Part shown: positions 49,216 to 62,299 of the stretch, piece after piece | Layout of the letters: each line of letters opens with the position of its first letter | Numbering within the stretch: position 1 is the stretch's first letter | NCBI GenBank assembly: GCA_011109175.1 | Contig: RDEW01000007.1 | Location: 927,261 to 991,260, forward strand | Direction of reading: 5' to 3' | Source: Dicyema japonicum | Lineage: Eukaryota; Animalia; Dicyemida | DNA: 64,000 bases | Notes under the pieces: model-generated | The model's database searches: none | The model's input: the letters and a program-made list of their open reading frames with translations, nothing else | Told to the model about the DNA's origin: nothing | Program-made: the position numbers and the translations under genes

Positions 49216-51512
49216 CTAAAAATTATAATTATTGCAACTAATTTTAAAGCGTCCGAGAAATTCGAAGGGATTAAATGAAGTCAATTTTCCACTAAAATAA
49301 ATGAAAGAGTAACTTGTATCGAATACAAAAAGTAAGAGAAACACCGAGAACTGCTAGTATTCCAAAAAATAACCCAATACCAATAGCCGTTTTGTTGACT
49401 GTACTTTCTGAAATAATAACAAATTAATTTACTTGTCTGAGATGAAACAGTTTTGTTGGTCGTAGGTTGACTGGTAGTTTTGTATGATGCCGATGTACTT
49501 GGGTCATTGGTTGTATAACAAACAGGGATGTTGTAGTCATTGCAATTCGGTTTTCCAAGTTCCGTTAATTAGAATCACGATACACGCAAGTTCTTCATCA
49601 AGATGACTTGGCTGATGAACTCCCCAATTTGGAGTCATCTAAATATATAACAAACATCATAAACAGGAGTGACAACATCATTCCAAAGAATTGTTGTACC
49701 ATTTTTCAGTAAACGGTGATTAATAAAAATTCCCTTAAACAAAATTTCTAAATTTGGATACCAAGTACCATTTAGAATAGAATTAACAATAGTCGAAGAA
49801 ATGGGAGTAATTAAAGTTTTATTTTGGTGACTACAAAGATGATGAGCTTCATAAAAAGTCATTGGCATAGCATATATGTAAAAACTATATTTGCCAATAT
49901 TTATATTTTTTCTAAATTCTTGTTTAACTGAAAATTGATAAAAAATAATATACAGTATTTATGATTTTTGGGGTCTGATATTACATTCGGCTGAACATCT
50001 AAAAATAAATTCACATGAACCTTTGATTTCCCTTTTGCATGCAAATTTTGAGGGGTAACATTCATCATTAGTCCATCTCCCACTTTTAAAGTTTTGGTAG
50101 ACACATTTTTTATTATCGCTTTCAATTGGGTATCCATCTTCCCAATTTGTATAATTCTTAGAGTAATATTAAAATTAACTGAATAAATAAAATCATTTGG
50201 AGATAAGATCCCTTTCACAAAGTATTCCCCAAAGTTAAGCTGAACTGAATAATCGACATTTTCTTTAATTAATATATATTTTTACCAGAAAAAATACTAT
50301 TTTCCATGGAATTTCTAGGCACATAAATGATTGCTTCTCTATAATCACAAATGTCTTTAGCTTCTGCATAGGAAGTGTCAAAGTCAAAAATGTAATAAGT
50401 TGATTGATTGAATTTAAAAACTTTTGAAAAATAATCTAGATTTCATGGTGAATATACATTTTCTGTATGTCGAGTTACAAAAAACATATGTTGGGCTTTC
50501 ATTAATCTCGTCAGTCTCACATACAAAGTATGACATGATTTCACTGCAATCTGAACTCTGAAATTCTCCGTTCAATTTTGACCTCACGACACATTCTTCA
50601 GAAGTAGGGTTATTATTCACTCCACGGTAAATATCTCTAAAATTTAAACGTCAAAAAACAGCGATGTATTGTTTTTGAGTTCTAAAGAATGCTTATTATT
50701 GGTTATTCCGATATAACTGTCATTCAATAAATTCTGCAAAGAATCACACCAAATTACCGTGAAATGCACAATTTTCTTTCTCCGTCGTTAGGAATAAACA
50801 AATACCCATTATGATCATCGTGGCAGATTCTCTCACCGTTCCATAGTCACGAGTTGCCCGATATATGTAATATGTATGGCGACGGTGAGTAAACACATAG
50901 TCTGGTTGTACTATTTATGTTTACTACAATTTACTGTTTATTAGCTTTTTTGCGGTTACATTTATTCCATTTGTGGAAATTCCATCTAAAAGTTCATTCC
51001 CTCGGATACCTGCTCGCAAATGTAATAACCTTGTGCATCTCCACGTAATGGATACCATTTGCTGCTAACAGCATCTAATTGAGCGTAGTTGTCCGATAAC
51101 GATGGTCTAAATTTCCAATTTGTGTATTTCTTGTTTTATCAAATATTAATATTACCAATTCTTGACTAGTAATGTAGCTTATCCATTTTTCTTCTCTAGA
51201 ACGTTTTTTCACTCCAATAATGTGGTCAACTCTGATAGTGCCTATAAAATTTCAATCGTGGAAATTGTACTTCCAATTGCAGTATTTTCGTTTTCATCAT
51301 TTATGTCAATAGGGTACCAACTACCACTACATCTGTATGTAATGATGTATGGAGTTGTTATTTTATCAGAAGAAAGAGAATATCCGTGATTGTTGTAATT
51401 ATAGATCTCATTTTGTTTTGAATCTTTATGTAATTAAGAAATTGTTACTTCCAAAAAAAAGTAAGACTAAAAGGGTTGAAATTTTAAAAATCGCAATTGT
51501 GCTATAATCCAT
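49216..51512 (-). CDS. Type I membrane protein with multiple divergent C-type-lectin-like domains
   Basis: Signal-peptide-like start; repeated CTLD patterns (GYYICE, EECVV..GEFQSSDC..FVCE, SYAEAKDIC, FYEAHHLC, NWGVHQP..ACIV..GTWK); Ser/Thr stalk; TM AIGIGLFFGILAVLGVSLTFCI; short tail; 22-25-nt introns. Confidence 0.75.
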
Positions 51513-51934
51513 TAAAATAAATCGTTTTTTAATAGTTTTTTTTCTTTTTATAAAGTTTTTGGTTATTTGTCAATGTCTCTAATTTAAATTTTTCAATAAT
51601 AGGTTTTCAAGAACTATTATAAGGCGGAAGTAGTCTTATTTTGGAAACCCATTTCCCCTTATGATTCATATGGAAATGCCTTCAATCAACAATTTCTCTT
51701 CTGACCTCTCCCTTCTTTTTTGGCATCAGTAAGATCCAAGGATCTCTGAGGTTTCGTTTTAAAGACTTAACGGAGAACTCCCACTCCAACATCTTGTATT
51801 AAGAGTTTCAGCTCTAAATTAATAAAAATAAATAAAAATTCAATTTAATAGCTGCCAAGTTCAATAATAAGCTGAAAAAACTGATACCAAACAATTGAAA
51901 CCTGGCTCTCAACTTTTTTCGATCGTGGTATTTT

Positions 51935-52310
51935 TTTTATTTATTAACCCAGGCTTACAATCTTTGTAATCTAAGCAAAACGGTCATAACTAATTAATCA
52001 CGGAAAGAACCCGAGGAGAACGTCTGCTTCGCCGATCCAATCTATCCACCAATAGTCATTATAAACTTCCGTTGCGAAGAGAGGTGGAGCATCGCTTCAT
52101 TCTTCTGCGGAAGAGTTTTTATAATGGTTATCTACATCAGTGGTTTGATCAGAGTAAAGGTAGTAATATCCCTTTCAATAACTGTGTCGTGCCAGAAGGA
52201 CTCGTCGTCTCACGGGTAGGATCTTTAGCTGAAAAGTTTATCTTTCGAATTCGAATCCATGACTGTCAGATACGATGTCATCAGACATAACGTTCGGCTA
52301 AGAAGGCTGT
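51935..52310 (-). mobile_element. LINE 3' fragment with gggttaataaata tail
   Basis: Paralog of 25680-26080. Confidence 0.65.
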
Positions 52311-52364
52311 GGTACTTATTTAAATGTGGGTAGCCACTTTCCAGAATCAAATCAATATATTTAA

Positions 52365-52746
52365 TTTATTTATAAACCCCGGATACACCGAAAAAGGAGT
52401 TAAAGTAAACAACGGAATGCCCATACTCCGAAAGAACTTTCTCAAATAACATTTGTTTTTTGTTAAATAATTTAAAAAAAAGTAAACAACTGTTAAATGT
52501 ATCCAGTTTCCACTTCCACAGAAACAGAGTCCATATCCGGAATCAACATAAAAGGTAAATGACGTCCATATTTGCAGTTGTGGAAACCCCTCAATGGAGT
52601 GGGAAAGACAAAAGATCCTTTTACGTCTTAGCCAGGCACTGGGCGCCACCTAGACAGGTGGATCACATGACCCCACTCTAATAAAAAGACGGAGGAGGAA
52701 CAGACTTCAACCAATTTGCCACGCAACACCACATGGCGCCACGCGG
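52365..52746 (-). mobile_element. SINE-like element with 65-bp nested insertion
   Basis: Full-length match to 61725-62040; insert 52414-52478 flanked by aaagtaaacaac repeats. Confidence 0.9.
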
Positions 52747-53139
52747 AGAAGTCTCGTTTTTTTCTGCCAAACTTGTTTAGTTAAAAAACTAATATGAAAT
52801 TGAAAATTTTCTACAATTAATTAATATTTTTTTGAATTTTTTATCTTAAAATACCGCATGCTTTGTTTACGTGACAACATATTACATTACGACCCCGCCT
52901 AAATTATTACATAATGTAGGGTAGTGCTAAATTGCGGAAAAGGAGAAATGGGAAGCGTTGTCGACATCTAAAAAGCTATTTCTCCAAGTTTATGGGAGGC
53001 AGAAACATAAACACAATGAATCCGACGGAATACTAGTGGGAATTTTTGAACCCAAGAACACATTAAATTTTTTTTTAATTTTTAATATAAATTTATTCTA
53101 TTTAATGTTAAGGAAAATAATTAAATAATAGTTTTTCAA

Positions 53140-53285
53140 CGTCTGGTTCCTTGCGCCTGCGACGCTGGATTTCTTGAGTCGTTAAGGAATCAAATTTCTA
53201 CACGATCAGGAGACACCCATGAGTGCTGCTGGTTATTTGAGCGAATCTCACTTGCCCATCATGAGGGGAATGGTCACGAAAACGT
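53140..53285 (+). mobile_element. CRE C-terminal remnant
   Basis: FLESLRNQISTRSGD...WLFERISLAHHEGN. Confidence 0.55.
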
Positions 53286-53869
53286 CATATAACCTGATCA
53301 CTTTTTTCCGTAATAAAATGTTCATTTTCAAAAAAAACTCTTGGATGAGTAGTGCTTGAATCTAGAATTTTTCAAATAATTGCTCAAGTTCTCCCTTTAA
53401 TATCACTAATGTTATTATTATTACGATTTAGCCTCGAGTTATCACGGCCTGTGAAAGAACCCGATGAATCAAAGAAAATTAGTTACAGTTTTTCCCAAGG
53501 GTCTTTTGAGACGCGGAGGGTATAAATGGGAAGAAGACTCTTTACAGATGAGTAAATGTCCCGTTGTCTCTCAACGGAGTTACACGACAGACAAATTGGA
53601 CATTTTGTAGATACAATTTTATAAATTAAAAAAGTGAAGATTGTGGTGATGTCCACATCTTAACCTCGCAAAATCAATCCATACACCATGTAGGAGTATC
53701 ATTCGGAGTCAAGGCGACAGCTGAAAATAGCTTTTTTTGTTACGGAAGGAAACGTTTTGTTAAAAGGATAACTTTCTTTGAGGGAGCGGAAAATAAATTA
53801 CTTTCCCAACATTTCAAAGTGATCGGAGATAAATAACATTTTGAATTCTCTATGAATGTGGTCTACAGA

Positions 53870-53945
53870 AGGCAATCAAGGCCTTCACATTTACTAGCCC
53901 ACCACAAAAAATGTCTGATAGTGCCTAGGTGTTGCCTGTACATAG
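53870..53945 (-). mobile_element. Short fragment of the R4/Dong-like family
   Basis: cacctaggcactatcagac..ggtgggctagtaaatgtgaaggc matches 48163-48240. Confidence 0.75.
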
Positions 53946-54879
53946 TTCAACATTACCATGGTAAACTGATCTTAAATGGTTTAGAACCCAACGTTGCTTC
54001 CAAGTGTTGTTAGATGATAGTTAAACTGCCTTCATAATATGACTAGCAAAATGTTTGGGGTGATGAAATAATTTTTAATGTGAATAATCCTGTTGTTTAT
54101 AAGGATGTTTGAATTTATGCTCAAGTGCCTTTACATGTAGTAAATAGAGTTATAAAGGACTTTGATAGGATACTTCAAGCCATAATTGAGCAAACAACTG
54201 AGTCAGGATGTCCAGTAAATCTCGTACATGTCTGCTCAATATTCTACCCCCAAGTGGCAAGGATTATATTATCAGAAAATAAGAGCAGGATATAATTTTT
54301 GTTTGCGGGGTTTCGAATGTAATATATGACACATTGAAGACTGCCCGCGAAAGTAGAGAACCATTCTGTACGAGGATGGTAAAGAACCATAAGAAATGGC
54401 AAAGACTTAATGATCTGGAGAATTTGGCGTCGATGATGGAAATGATTGGTGAACAAGAGCATCTTGTTAGGAAGCTATATAGTCTCCAGGTGGAATGAAA
54501 AAATAGATACATGTCTACATTTTTCATCTAACCAAGCTCTACCCCAACTAACAAACACACGATCTTCGTTCCGGGCATTGTTGTTCATCACTTCTCCGTC
54601 TTAGGATTTTCTTACATAATATTTTTACTTGCTCATTTCCATAAGAATCCAAGGATGTCCTTTCATTATCGATGTCGTGGTTCTCGACATTGGCCAAATT
54701 TCCATATTTTCGCATTTTTTGTAATCAAAATAATTTCGGACTTCTCGTACTAAAGTATTCTGGTATGTAAACGTTTTTTCTACCGTTTATCTCCGGAAAA
54801 CTATTTAAGCATTTTATTTCTTATTCCATATGAAATCCTCATGAATAGAAATCTATAATCGTATACTATTTTCTTTAGT

Positions 54880-55376
54880 ATTTGAGTGTATTCTCAATTT
54901 ATCGTTTAAATTGCTACTAGCATACCTCTCACTTGCTCTGATCCAAGGACCTCTACGACGGCCGGAAACTTTATTTCGTGTATTTCACTGGGGATCTTGC
55001 AGGTTCCAAGTCACCAAGAATCTATCAGTAAAAAAATCTTTTAATAAAATGACTTTAGACCCAAGAGTAATCCTCTTTATGCTCCGAATATCTCCTTAAG
55101 TCAACAAGATATTGGTCACGTGGGGCATATGCTATTATGGGTTTAGTGACCATCAAACGCAAAGAAAAGACACTTGGATACGACATTATTCCATGGATGG
55201 TTAATAATAATAATTCCATGAATGAGTGAAATTATTCCAAAGGGTAAAATCAAACTAACCGGTGGAATGAAAAGATAGAACTTTTTGAATGCCGGCCATA
55301 TATTTGTCGTCTCCTGATTAAAGGGATCCGATGACACCACCTCCAAGTAGGTCTTTTCTGAGGACAGTGTATCCAA
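54880..55376 (-). CDS. Putative orphan single-pass membrane protein
   Basis: ATG after an AT-rich spacer; hydrophobic FYLFIPPVSLILPFGIISLIHGIIII; downstream intron-like gtctaaagtcattttattaaaag. Confidence 0.3.
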
Positions 55377-56189
55377 GAAAGAATGTGGTTGAGGTTATTA
55401 ATTACAAGATTCTCATTTAATAGATATTTCTAATATTAATTTTTATTTTAATTATTAAAAGTAAAAAAATATTTAAATTAAAACGTGGTTTTTAGTGTTT
55501 CGATTTTTATCTAGCATTACAAGCCCCTCGGCTCTGCCAGAGGATTATCCAATGCTGACATTAATATAGCTGATTTAATCAGACTGTAACATTCATTACA
55601 ATACAAATCACTCAAAATTAGTGAAACTGTATAGCTAAAAGTATTCTATCTCTAATTTCAGTAATATTTCTAAGAGTGATTCTACCGCATGAAGTGGCTC
55701 CATAATCTATAAAGAGGATATGAATACGAGGATACTTCGCTTGTTTAAAAACATCAAATCGGAGATCTATAGTTAGATTAATCGTGAATCGATACCGCCC
55801 TGAGAAATTTTTAGAGGAACCTCTTTGTGGCGTTTGAGAAGTGATATATTAGTTGCTATGAAAGAGATAGAAACTTTCTCCGACAAGATCGTTTTTTCTC
55901 TCTTTAAAAAACTAAAATTCAAAAAAAGCGGGGACTCTGACTACACATATGACATAATAACAACTTTCTTCTATATTTTTTGCTGCACATACTAAAAAGA
56001 TGACATAATGGTCCGTAGGTTATACAAGCTTACGTAGTACATCCTGTCTTTGTGTACCCAGCTAATTGTAAATTAATCGGTTTAAGAGATATTCCAGTGA
56101 ATACTTCGAGACACAAACATGATACTTCAACTGTCGATCAACTGTAACTACGAAACAAAGTTAATTAAAATTCTTTAGTATTAATATAA

Positions 56190-56700
56190 CAAGCCTGACA
56201 TTTTCTTGTACGATAAGAAAATGAACCAAATATGGCTAATTGAAATTGGAGTAACATCAATGGACAATCTCAAGGCTGTCGAAGTTGAAAAACTACATAA
56301 ATACGACATTCTTGCGAGTGAACTAGAGATCATTTACAAAGCCAAAGTAAAGATACTCCCAATTGTTCTTACCTGGGATGGAATTGTCTCCAGGTATTTC
56401 AAATCATACATGGACATCATTGGAATTACGACCATCACCCGAGCGTACATCCAAACGATTGCGCTGAAGAAGACTTTAGAGAGCATGCTTGTAGAATATA
56501 AACACGGATTTGAACAAATAACGATGGCGATTAACAATAATTGGGAAATGATGAAGAATCCTCTTACTGGATGCAATTCGGGAAAGAGGCGACGCGACAC
56601 TGATAAAGAGTTGGAAGATCCAGAAAATAGGGAGGGAAGCGGACATACTACCAAGAGAGTCTCAGTGGGTGCTGGCCGGGTCGGAGAGACCAGAAGTTGA
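56190..56700 (+). mobile_element. 3' fragment of a second R4/Dong-like subfamily (REL domain)
   Basis: KPDI.LYDKK..IWLIEIGVTSMDNLKAVEVEKLHKYDILASEL..IVLTWDGIV..LKKTLES. Confidence 0.85.
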
Positions 56701-56889
56701 TACATTAGTTAGATGATATGACTATTGTTTGTTTTTGTTTTAACATTTAATTGATATTTGATTATTATAGCTACAATAACAATGGCTGGCTAGTCTAATG
56801 GTTAGTTGGCCACAAAAACAGAAATAAAGTCTGAGTGAGGTCCATAAAAGGAAAAAGGACCATTTTTCATATATTTTATTTCGATTATA

Positions 56890-59680
56890 AATTTTTTTAA
56901 AACGTGTGGTCTTGTGGTGAGTAATTGTCGTTCATACAATGGAGCAACACACATTACATCCAAGAGACTGGACACTACATGCGGTTTTGCCAATGCACGC
57001 AAATATGGACTTTTCTGCTCGTCTTGCGGTGACTTTTTCCACATTGGATGCATAAAGATGTCTCAGCGGGGTGCGTGCTCGCTCTGCCTGTGGAACTGCA
57101 GTGTCTGCATGGGCACTGGTTGGAAAACCCAAAGGATCACTCCAAACGAGCACGTCGAATCAAACGAGCCTCTAGACTTCAATGATATGGACAACCTCTT
57201 ACTCTTTTTATCGGATCTAAGGAAAGCCAGGAAGATCCCACTCAGGATCCCAAAACCCGTCCGGATCCCCTCGGCTACATGCCTGGCCTTTGCAATTGAC
57301 GATGCTCTCACGTCCGACGACCTGGAGGCCTGGCTAAAACTCTTCAAGTTTGCTCCGATGGCCCTTGGAATTCCATTTATCGACTTAAAAGGAGATGTCC
57401 AATGAGAAGAGCTGTCCAGGATTCTCGACCCCTGGACTCGTCCTCACCTTTGTCGGTCTGGGATCACTTAGTTAGATGAGAACTTTTATTTCTTTCTCTT
57501 TGACCCAGTGATCCTGGGGGTAATAATAATAATAAAAGGAGATCAACGAAATACAGAGGAAATCACGACACTTAGGAACTCCCTTTCTTCAAAAATGAAG
57601 AACATACAGGTTTTCTATGTGCTTTCTCTCACCAAAACGGAAGTCAAGAAATCAAGACATTCGGATTCCAATCCTCCGGTTTATTTAAATGGCCCGGAGA
57701 AACTTAAAGAGAGAGTGAACGGCGTCCGAGCGGAAGGCGACGTCCGAGCGGCGTTGCGCGTCGTCGCCAACGACGAAACTGTTATGGCTGCGACACTTGA
57801 GGTGCTGGAACTACTCAGACATAAACATCCATGTGCTCCGGAAGATTACCGTCCATTCGTGCTTCCGGGAAATTTGTCAAGGATGACCGTCACCGAAGAC
57901 AAAGTGCGAAGCGGCATTTCGTCGTTTGCGGCGAGTAGCAGAGGAGGCATCGATGGCTAGCGGCCGGGTCACATCAAGGATCTTACGGCGGAGGCTACTG
58001 CAGAAGCTGACTGCAACCTTGTCAAATCAATTAAAAAACTGGTTATGCGTATTTTGAACGGAGATATTCCTCCCCAAGCAAGGGACCTTCTTTTCAGTGC
58101 ACATCTATTAGCCTTCAAAAAACCTGAAGGTGGGGTCCGCCCCATCGCGGTCGGCAACTATTTCAGAAGACTGACAGCGAAAATTGCATGCAGCATTGTC
58201 TGTCCGAAAATATCTGAAGAATTTTCTTCCCTCCAACTGGAGTTAATGTAAGAAACGGATGCGAGGCGGCAGTGCATGCTGCTAACCTTTGGTATTTCGA
58301 TGACGCCACAATTGGAGGGCCGTGGAGAAAAGTACACGACGTTCTGTCACATGCCGTGCCGGCACTACGAAACCTCGGACTAGAGATAAACATAAAGAAC
58401 TCGGAACTAATAAATATCACATACTCGGAGAGTGATTTCATCAACGTGGTCGAGTCTTTCAACTCGGTACTACCTGGAATTACTGTCGTACCCAGGGAGC
58501 GGACATACTTTCTTTGGTGCCCACTTGACGAAAAGGGACTGCGGAGCCATCTACTAACAAAAGAGGATGAACTCTCTAGAGTCACGTAGAAACTTTTCTT
58601 ACTCGAGGCTCATACTGTGTTTTTCCTTTTGAAAAATAGCATCAGCTTGCCCAAACTTCCTGCTTCAAACATCGTGAAATCCTCCTCTCACTGGATAGGA
58701 CATTGAGAAAATCAGCTGAGTTTCCTCTAAACATCCACTTTGACTTGCCGAGTTAAAATAAATGCAAGCTTCCTACACGTCTCGGAGGTACGGGTCTCAG
58801 GTCGGCGCTGGAGATCGCCTTTCCAGTATATGTGTCATCGCTTTCAAGTGGAATTCCTTTGGTCCAAGAAATCCTACGATTCCAAATGGGCTTTCCTGGG
58901 AAAAAGTCTTTGACGAAGCTTGTCGTGAAAGGCGTGAAACTGATTTGGATATGCCGAACGATCCTTTGAGCCAACAAGACTAGGATGAATCTACTCCAAG
59001 AATATCTTCGATGTGCTAAAGTCTGCGGACAACCAGCATCGTCTTGCATGCGTCGTGTCCGCCGCCAACCATGGGAGCGAGCATGGCTGGATAGACTACC
59101 GTGTTCCTCTCTGGGGACCCATTTGGACAAAGACTATATTCGGATTGGATCGCACAGCGCCTGGGAGTTGATGTATGCGTCGAACACCAATGCCGCTGTG
59201 GAGTGATCGTCGATGCCAAAGGGCTACATCCGCTTTCGTGCAAAAGGAGTGCGGGCAGAGCACCCCGCCACGCTGTATGAACAACATTGAAATGCGTGAT
59301 TTGGACCTGCAGGCTTCCAGGCAGAACTTGAGCCCGTTGGAATGGACCGCGGAGACGGGAAAAGACAGGATGGGTTAACTATCTTTCCGTTCACTGAGTG
59401 AAAATCGCTCGTATGGGACTGTACTGTTGTGGATTCTTTTTCGAACTCGATGATACTCATCTCGGCGCAGTCTGCTGGATCGGCTAGCCGATCTGGCCGA
59501 GAAATCAAGATTAAAAAAATGGCGAAATTGGAGACCGCTACCGTTTTGTACCGGTAGCAATTTGAGACGTCTGGTGCGGCCGGAAAGTATTACAGCCTCT
59601 TTCCTAAAGGAAATCGGGGAGAAATTGGCCCACCGCAAGAAAGACGCGCGGGAAGCGGTCTGGCTGAGACAACGAATTGG
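56890..59680 (+). mobile_element. CRE-clade non-LTR retrotransposon with N-terminal PHD-like finger; interrupted and internally deleted
   Basis: C..CGDFFH.GC..W.CSVC; GGIDG.RPGH; KKPEGGVRPIAVGNYFRRL; GCEAAVH; WYFDD; CRCG....G.HPLSC; DGLTIFPF; ETSG; WLRQRIG. Confidence 0.9.
57397..57532 (+). mobile_element. 136-bp 5'-truncated LINE tail with (TAA)n inserted in the CRE, 11-bp TSD
   Basis: taaaaggagat at 57386-57396 and 57533-57543; ends WDHLVR* ... gtgatcctggggg(taa)n. Confidence 0.88.
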
Positions 59681-60050
59681 CAGCGTGGCTTGCTTCCATG
59701 AGTAAACCTCGAACACGACGTTGAAGATACGTTCCGCTGTCGTACGGAAGATCTCGTTAATCTGTGCGAGTTGGTCATACAGGGTGAAATAGGGAGCAGT
59801 CCTTAGGACATATGCAAGCCTCTGTACGTTGAGACTGTTTTTAGAAGAAATAATGCTGTATGCATGTCAAGTAGACACAAGCGGTTCAGAGTCTCTCCAA
59901 GTAACAGTCGTTTTTCACGTATAGCTCTTCCCATTGCATTTATGGTGACCGAGGATCCGAGGAATATAAGTTCTTCATTGGGTGTTGAAATACTTCCAGG
60001 AAGTAAATTTCCTAAACATGACAAAGCTTTTGAATACTTCTCTTCTGAAA
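59670..60050 (-). mobile_element. CRE RT C-terminal fragment, convergent with the previous copy
   Basis: ELIFLGS, LDMHTALFLLK, WKQATLPIR. Confidence 0.75.
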
Positions 60051-60129
60051 GTCCATAATTGTAGATTTTGCATTTAGTGTGATTTAATTCCAGTTAAGAC
60101 TACAAAATAATTTAAAGAAAAATAAATAT

Positions 60130-60330
60130 TACTAAGAAAAAGATCAATTCGAACCAACGTTTTTTATATGAACTGGATTCGACCGAGCAAAAGGCCTGAA
60201 GGTTCCTAGTTCGCATCTCGCTACTATGCATTCCGACTGAAGGTTCCACGCATCTACGATGCTTTGGCTTGACGAGTGACGGCGTCATCAGTGAACATTT
60301 CACTGCGGAGCCAGATCTTCTACAAAAGGA
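60130..60330 (-). mobile_element. Possible CR1-type LINE C-terminal remnant
   Basis: IVDAWNL...GTFR resembles CR1 VVNVWNSLP...SFK. Confidence 0.35.
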
Positions 60331-60799
60331 TTCACACCCAACAAAAAGAAAAAAAGAAGTGAAGAGCATTCTTTGGTTCCCCCTCGATTAGTTATGATAA
60401 CTGTTATTCACTTAAATAAAGTGTGTGTCTGGGAGGGGCGATAGCTATTAGGCTCTTCGTAAAGTGCAGTATTGTAATAACTAGAGCGAATTTTTTTTAA
60501 CCTAAAAAATAAAAAATTTAACCTAAAAAAATTAACTTTATTAACCTAAAAACTAAAAAATTAACCCAAAAATTTAACTTTATAACTAAACAATAAAAAC
60601 ACTAAAACTTTTTGTTACACATACAAATTACATAATTTTCTAAATTTTCTGGTAGAAAATGTCTGTTGGATCTAGAAAATTCTTTATCTCAGAGAAACAT
60701 CGTTCAACCGAGCACTAAGTTGACTAAGAATTCAAGAGTAATGAATACTCGGCAGGAGATATGTGTAAATTAGTCATTTTAATTATGTTTGAAATATCA

Positions 60800-61200
60800 T
60801 TTTTTGAAGCCTTTTATTTATGTATTCTTTAATAAATTTGTTGTCATTTCAAATTCCAACGATTCTAACCATCACATGTTTGTTCAATTGTGAAGCCTGT
60901 ACTTTAAAATTTCTTAATAATATCTGCAATAGCGACATTATTCGGAAACCTGGAATGTTCGAATAGCTTCAGATAAGGTCACATAAACTGCTAACTAACG
61001 GTGAGGGAACTCGTACAGAGCCTCTGTAAAACAATTCTCTCAGGCCAAGGCATAGATAGTTTGTTTAGTGGAATATCAGATTTTATAAATGCTCTCGTTA
61101 CCTCTAGAGCCCAATCATCATTTTGGAATATTGGTCAATGTGTGCTTGGTGCGATTCGGTCAGATTATCTAGAAAAAATAATTGTTACATCGCAAAACTC
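60800..61200 (-). mobile_element. hAT-like (CGGBP1-related) transposase remnant
   Basis: LEVTRAFIKSDIPLNKL motif. Confidence 0.4.
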
Positions 61201-61724
61201 AATGAATTTTCATCAAAATGAATTTTGATGGGAATTTACCCAATGCCTTTTTTTGCCTTTTCTCGCATTTTATATTACACAGAGTCGACAATATAGCGCA
61301 CCATCCTCAAGAATCATAAATTCTTTAGGATAATACTTTACAATGGCCTTAGCTTTAATTTGGCACGATTTTGCTATCTTAGGTATGTCAACCAAAAATT
61401 TTAGTGGCAAAATATATTAATAATAGATATATTTAAAAATTAATAAATTAAATCAAAAATTAAAGGTTAAAATTTTTAACCTTATAATTTTAAATTTTAA
61501 CCTAATAATTTTGTTTAATATACATTTATTTATAATAAAATATAGTCAAAATCATTTTAATGATTATTTATTAACTATTATTAAATTTTAACTTTTTTAA
61601 CTTAGTTCGCCCTAGTAATAACAGACGCTGATAAGGCAAACCAATTGTACTCTCAATCCAATCAATAGACATAGAAGAGACCAAAATAAATCCGAATGAG
61701 AAACTAAATTTATATATATTTTTT

Positions 61725-62040
61725 TAATTAACCCCGGATACACCGAGAAAGAAGTTAAAGTAAACAACTAATTAAGTGTATCCAGTTTCCACTTCTACAG
61801 AAACAGAGTCCATCCGGAATCAGCATAAAAGGTAAGACGTCCATAACATGCAGTTGTGGAAACCCCTCTAGTGGAGTGGGGGAGAGCAAATGATCTTTTT
61901 TCGTGCCGGCCTGGCACTGGGCGTCACCTAGACAGGTGGATCACATGACGCCACTCTAATAGGAAGAGAGAGGAGGAACAGACAAGCAAACAGAAAACTT
62001 CAATCAATTAACCACGCAGCACCACATGGCGCCACGTGGC
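61725..62040 (-). mobile_element. SINE-like element, best-preserved copy (~315 bp)
   Basis: 5' hairpin 62012-62039, central core, 3' stem-loop ggatacac/gtgtatcc, tail ggggttaatt(a)n. Confidence 0.9.
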
Positions 62041-62299
62041 TCGATTCTAAAAAAATTATATTCAAAATCAATTTCAAAACCGGTGTTATTTTGAATCTTG
62101 AAATTGTAGAAATTTCATCGATGGTGTCAACTAATAGAAACAATTTCATCGATGTGACCTTGGAAGTGAAAACAGACCAGACTAGGCTTTTCAAAACTGA
62201 TTCTCGGTCATTTTATATTATTTTTAAACATATCGATTTATCTATATATTTGCAGAATTTTAAAGTTTTTTTCTTTTTCTTTTTTTTAAAAAGAATAAT

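Noticed and set aside
60490-60620. taacctaaaaa reiterations as telomeric repeat
   Set aside because: Irregular AT-rich low-complexity sequence, not a tandem TTAGGG-type array.
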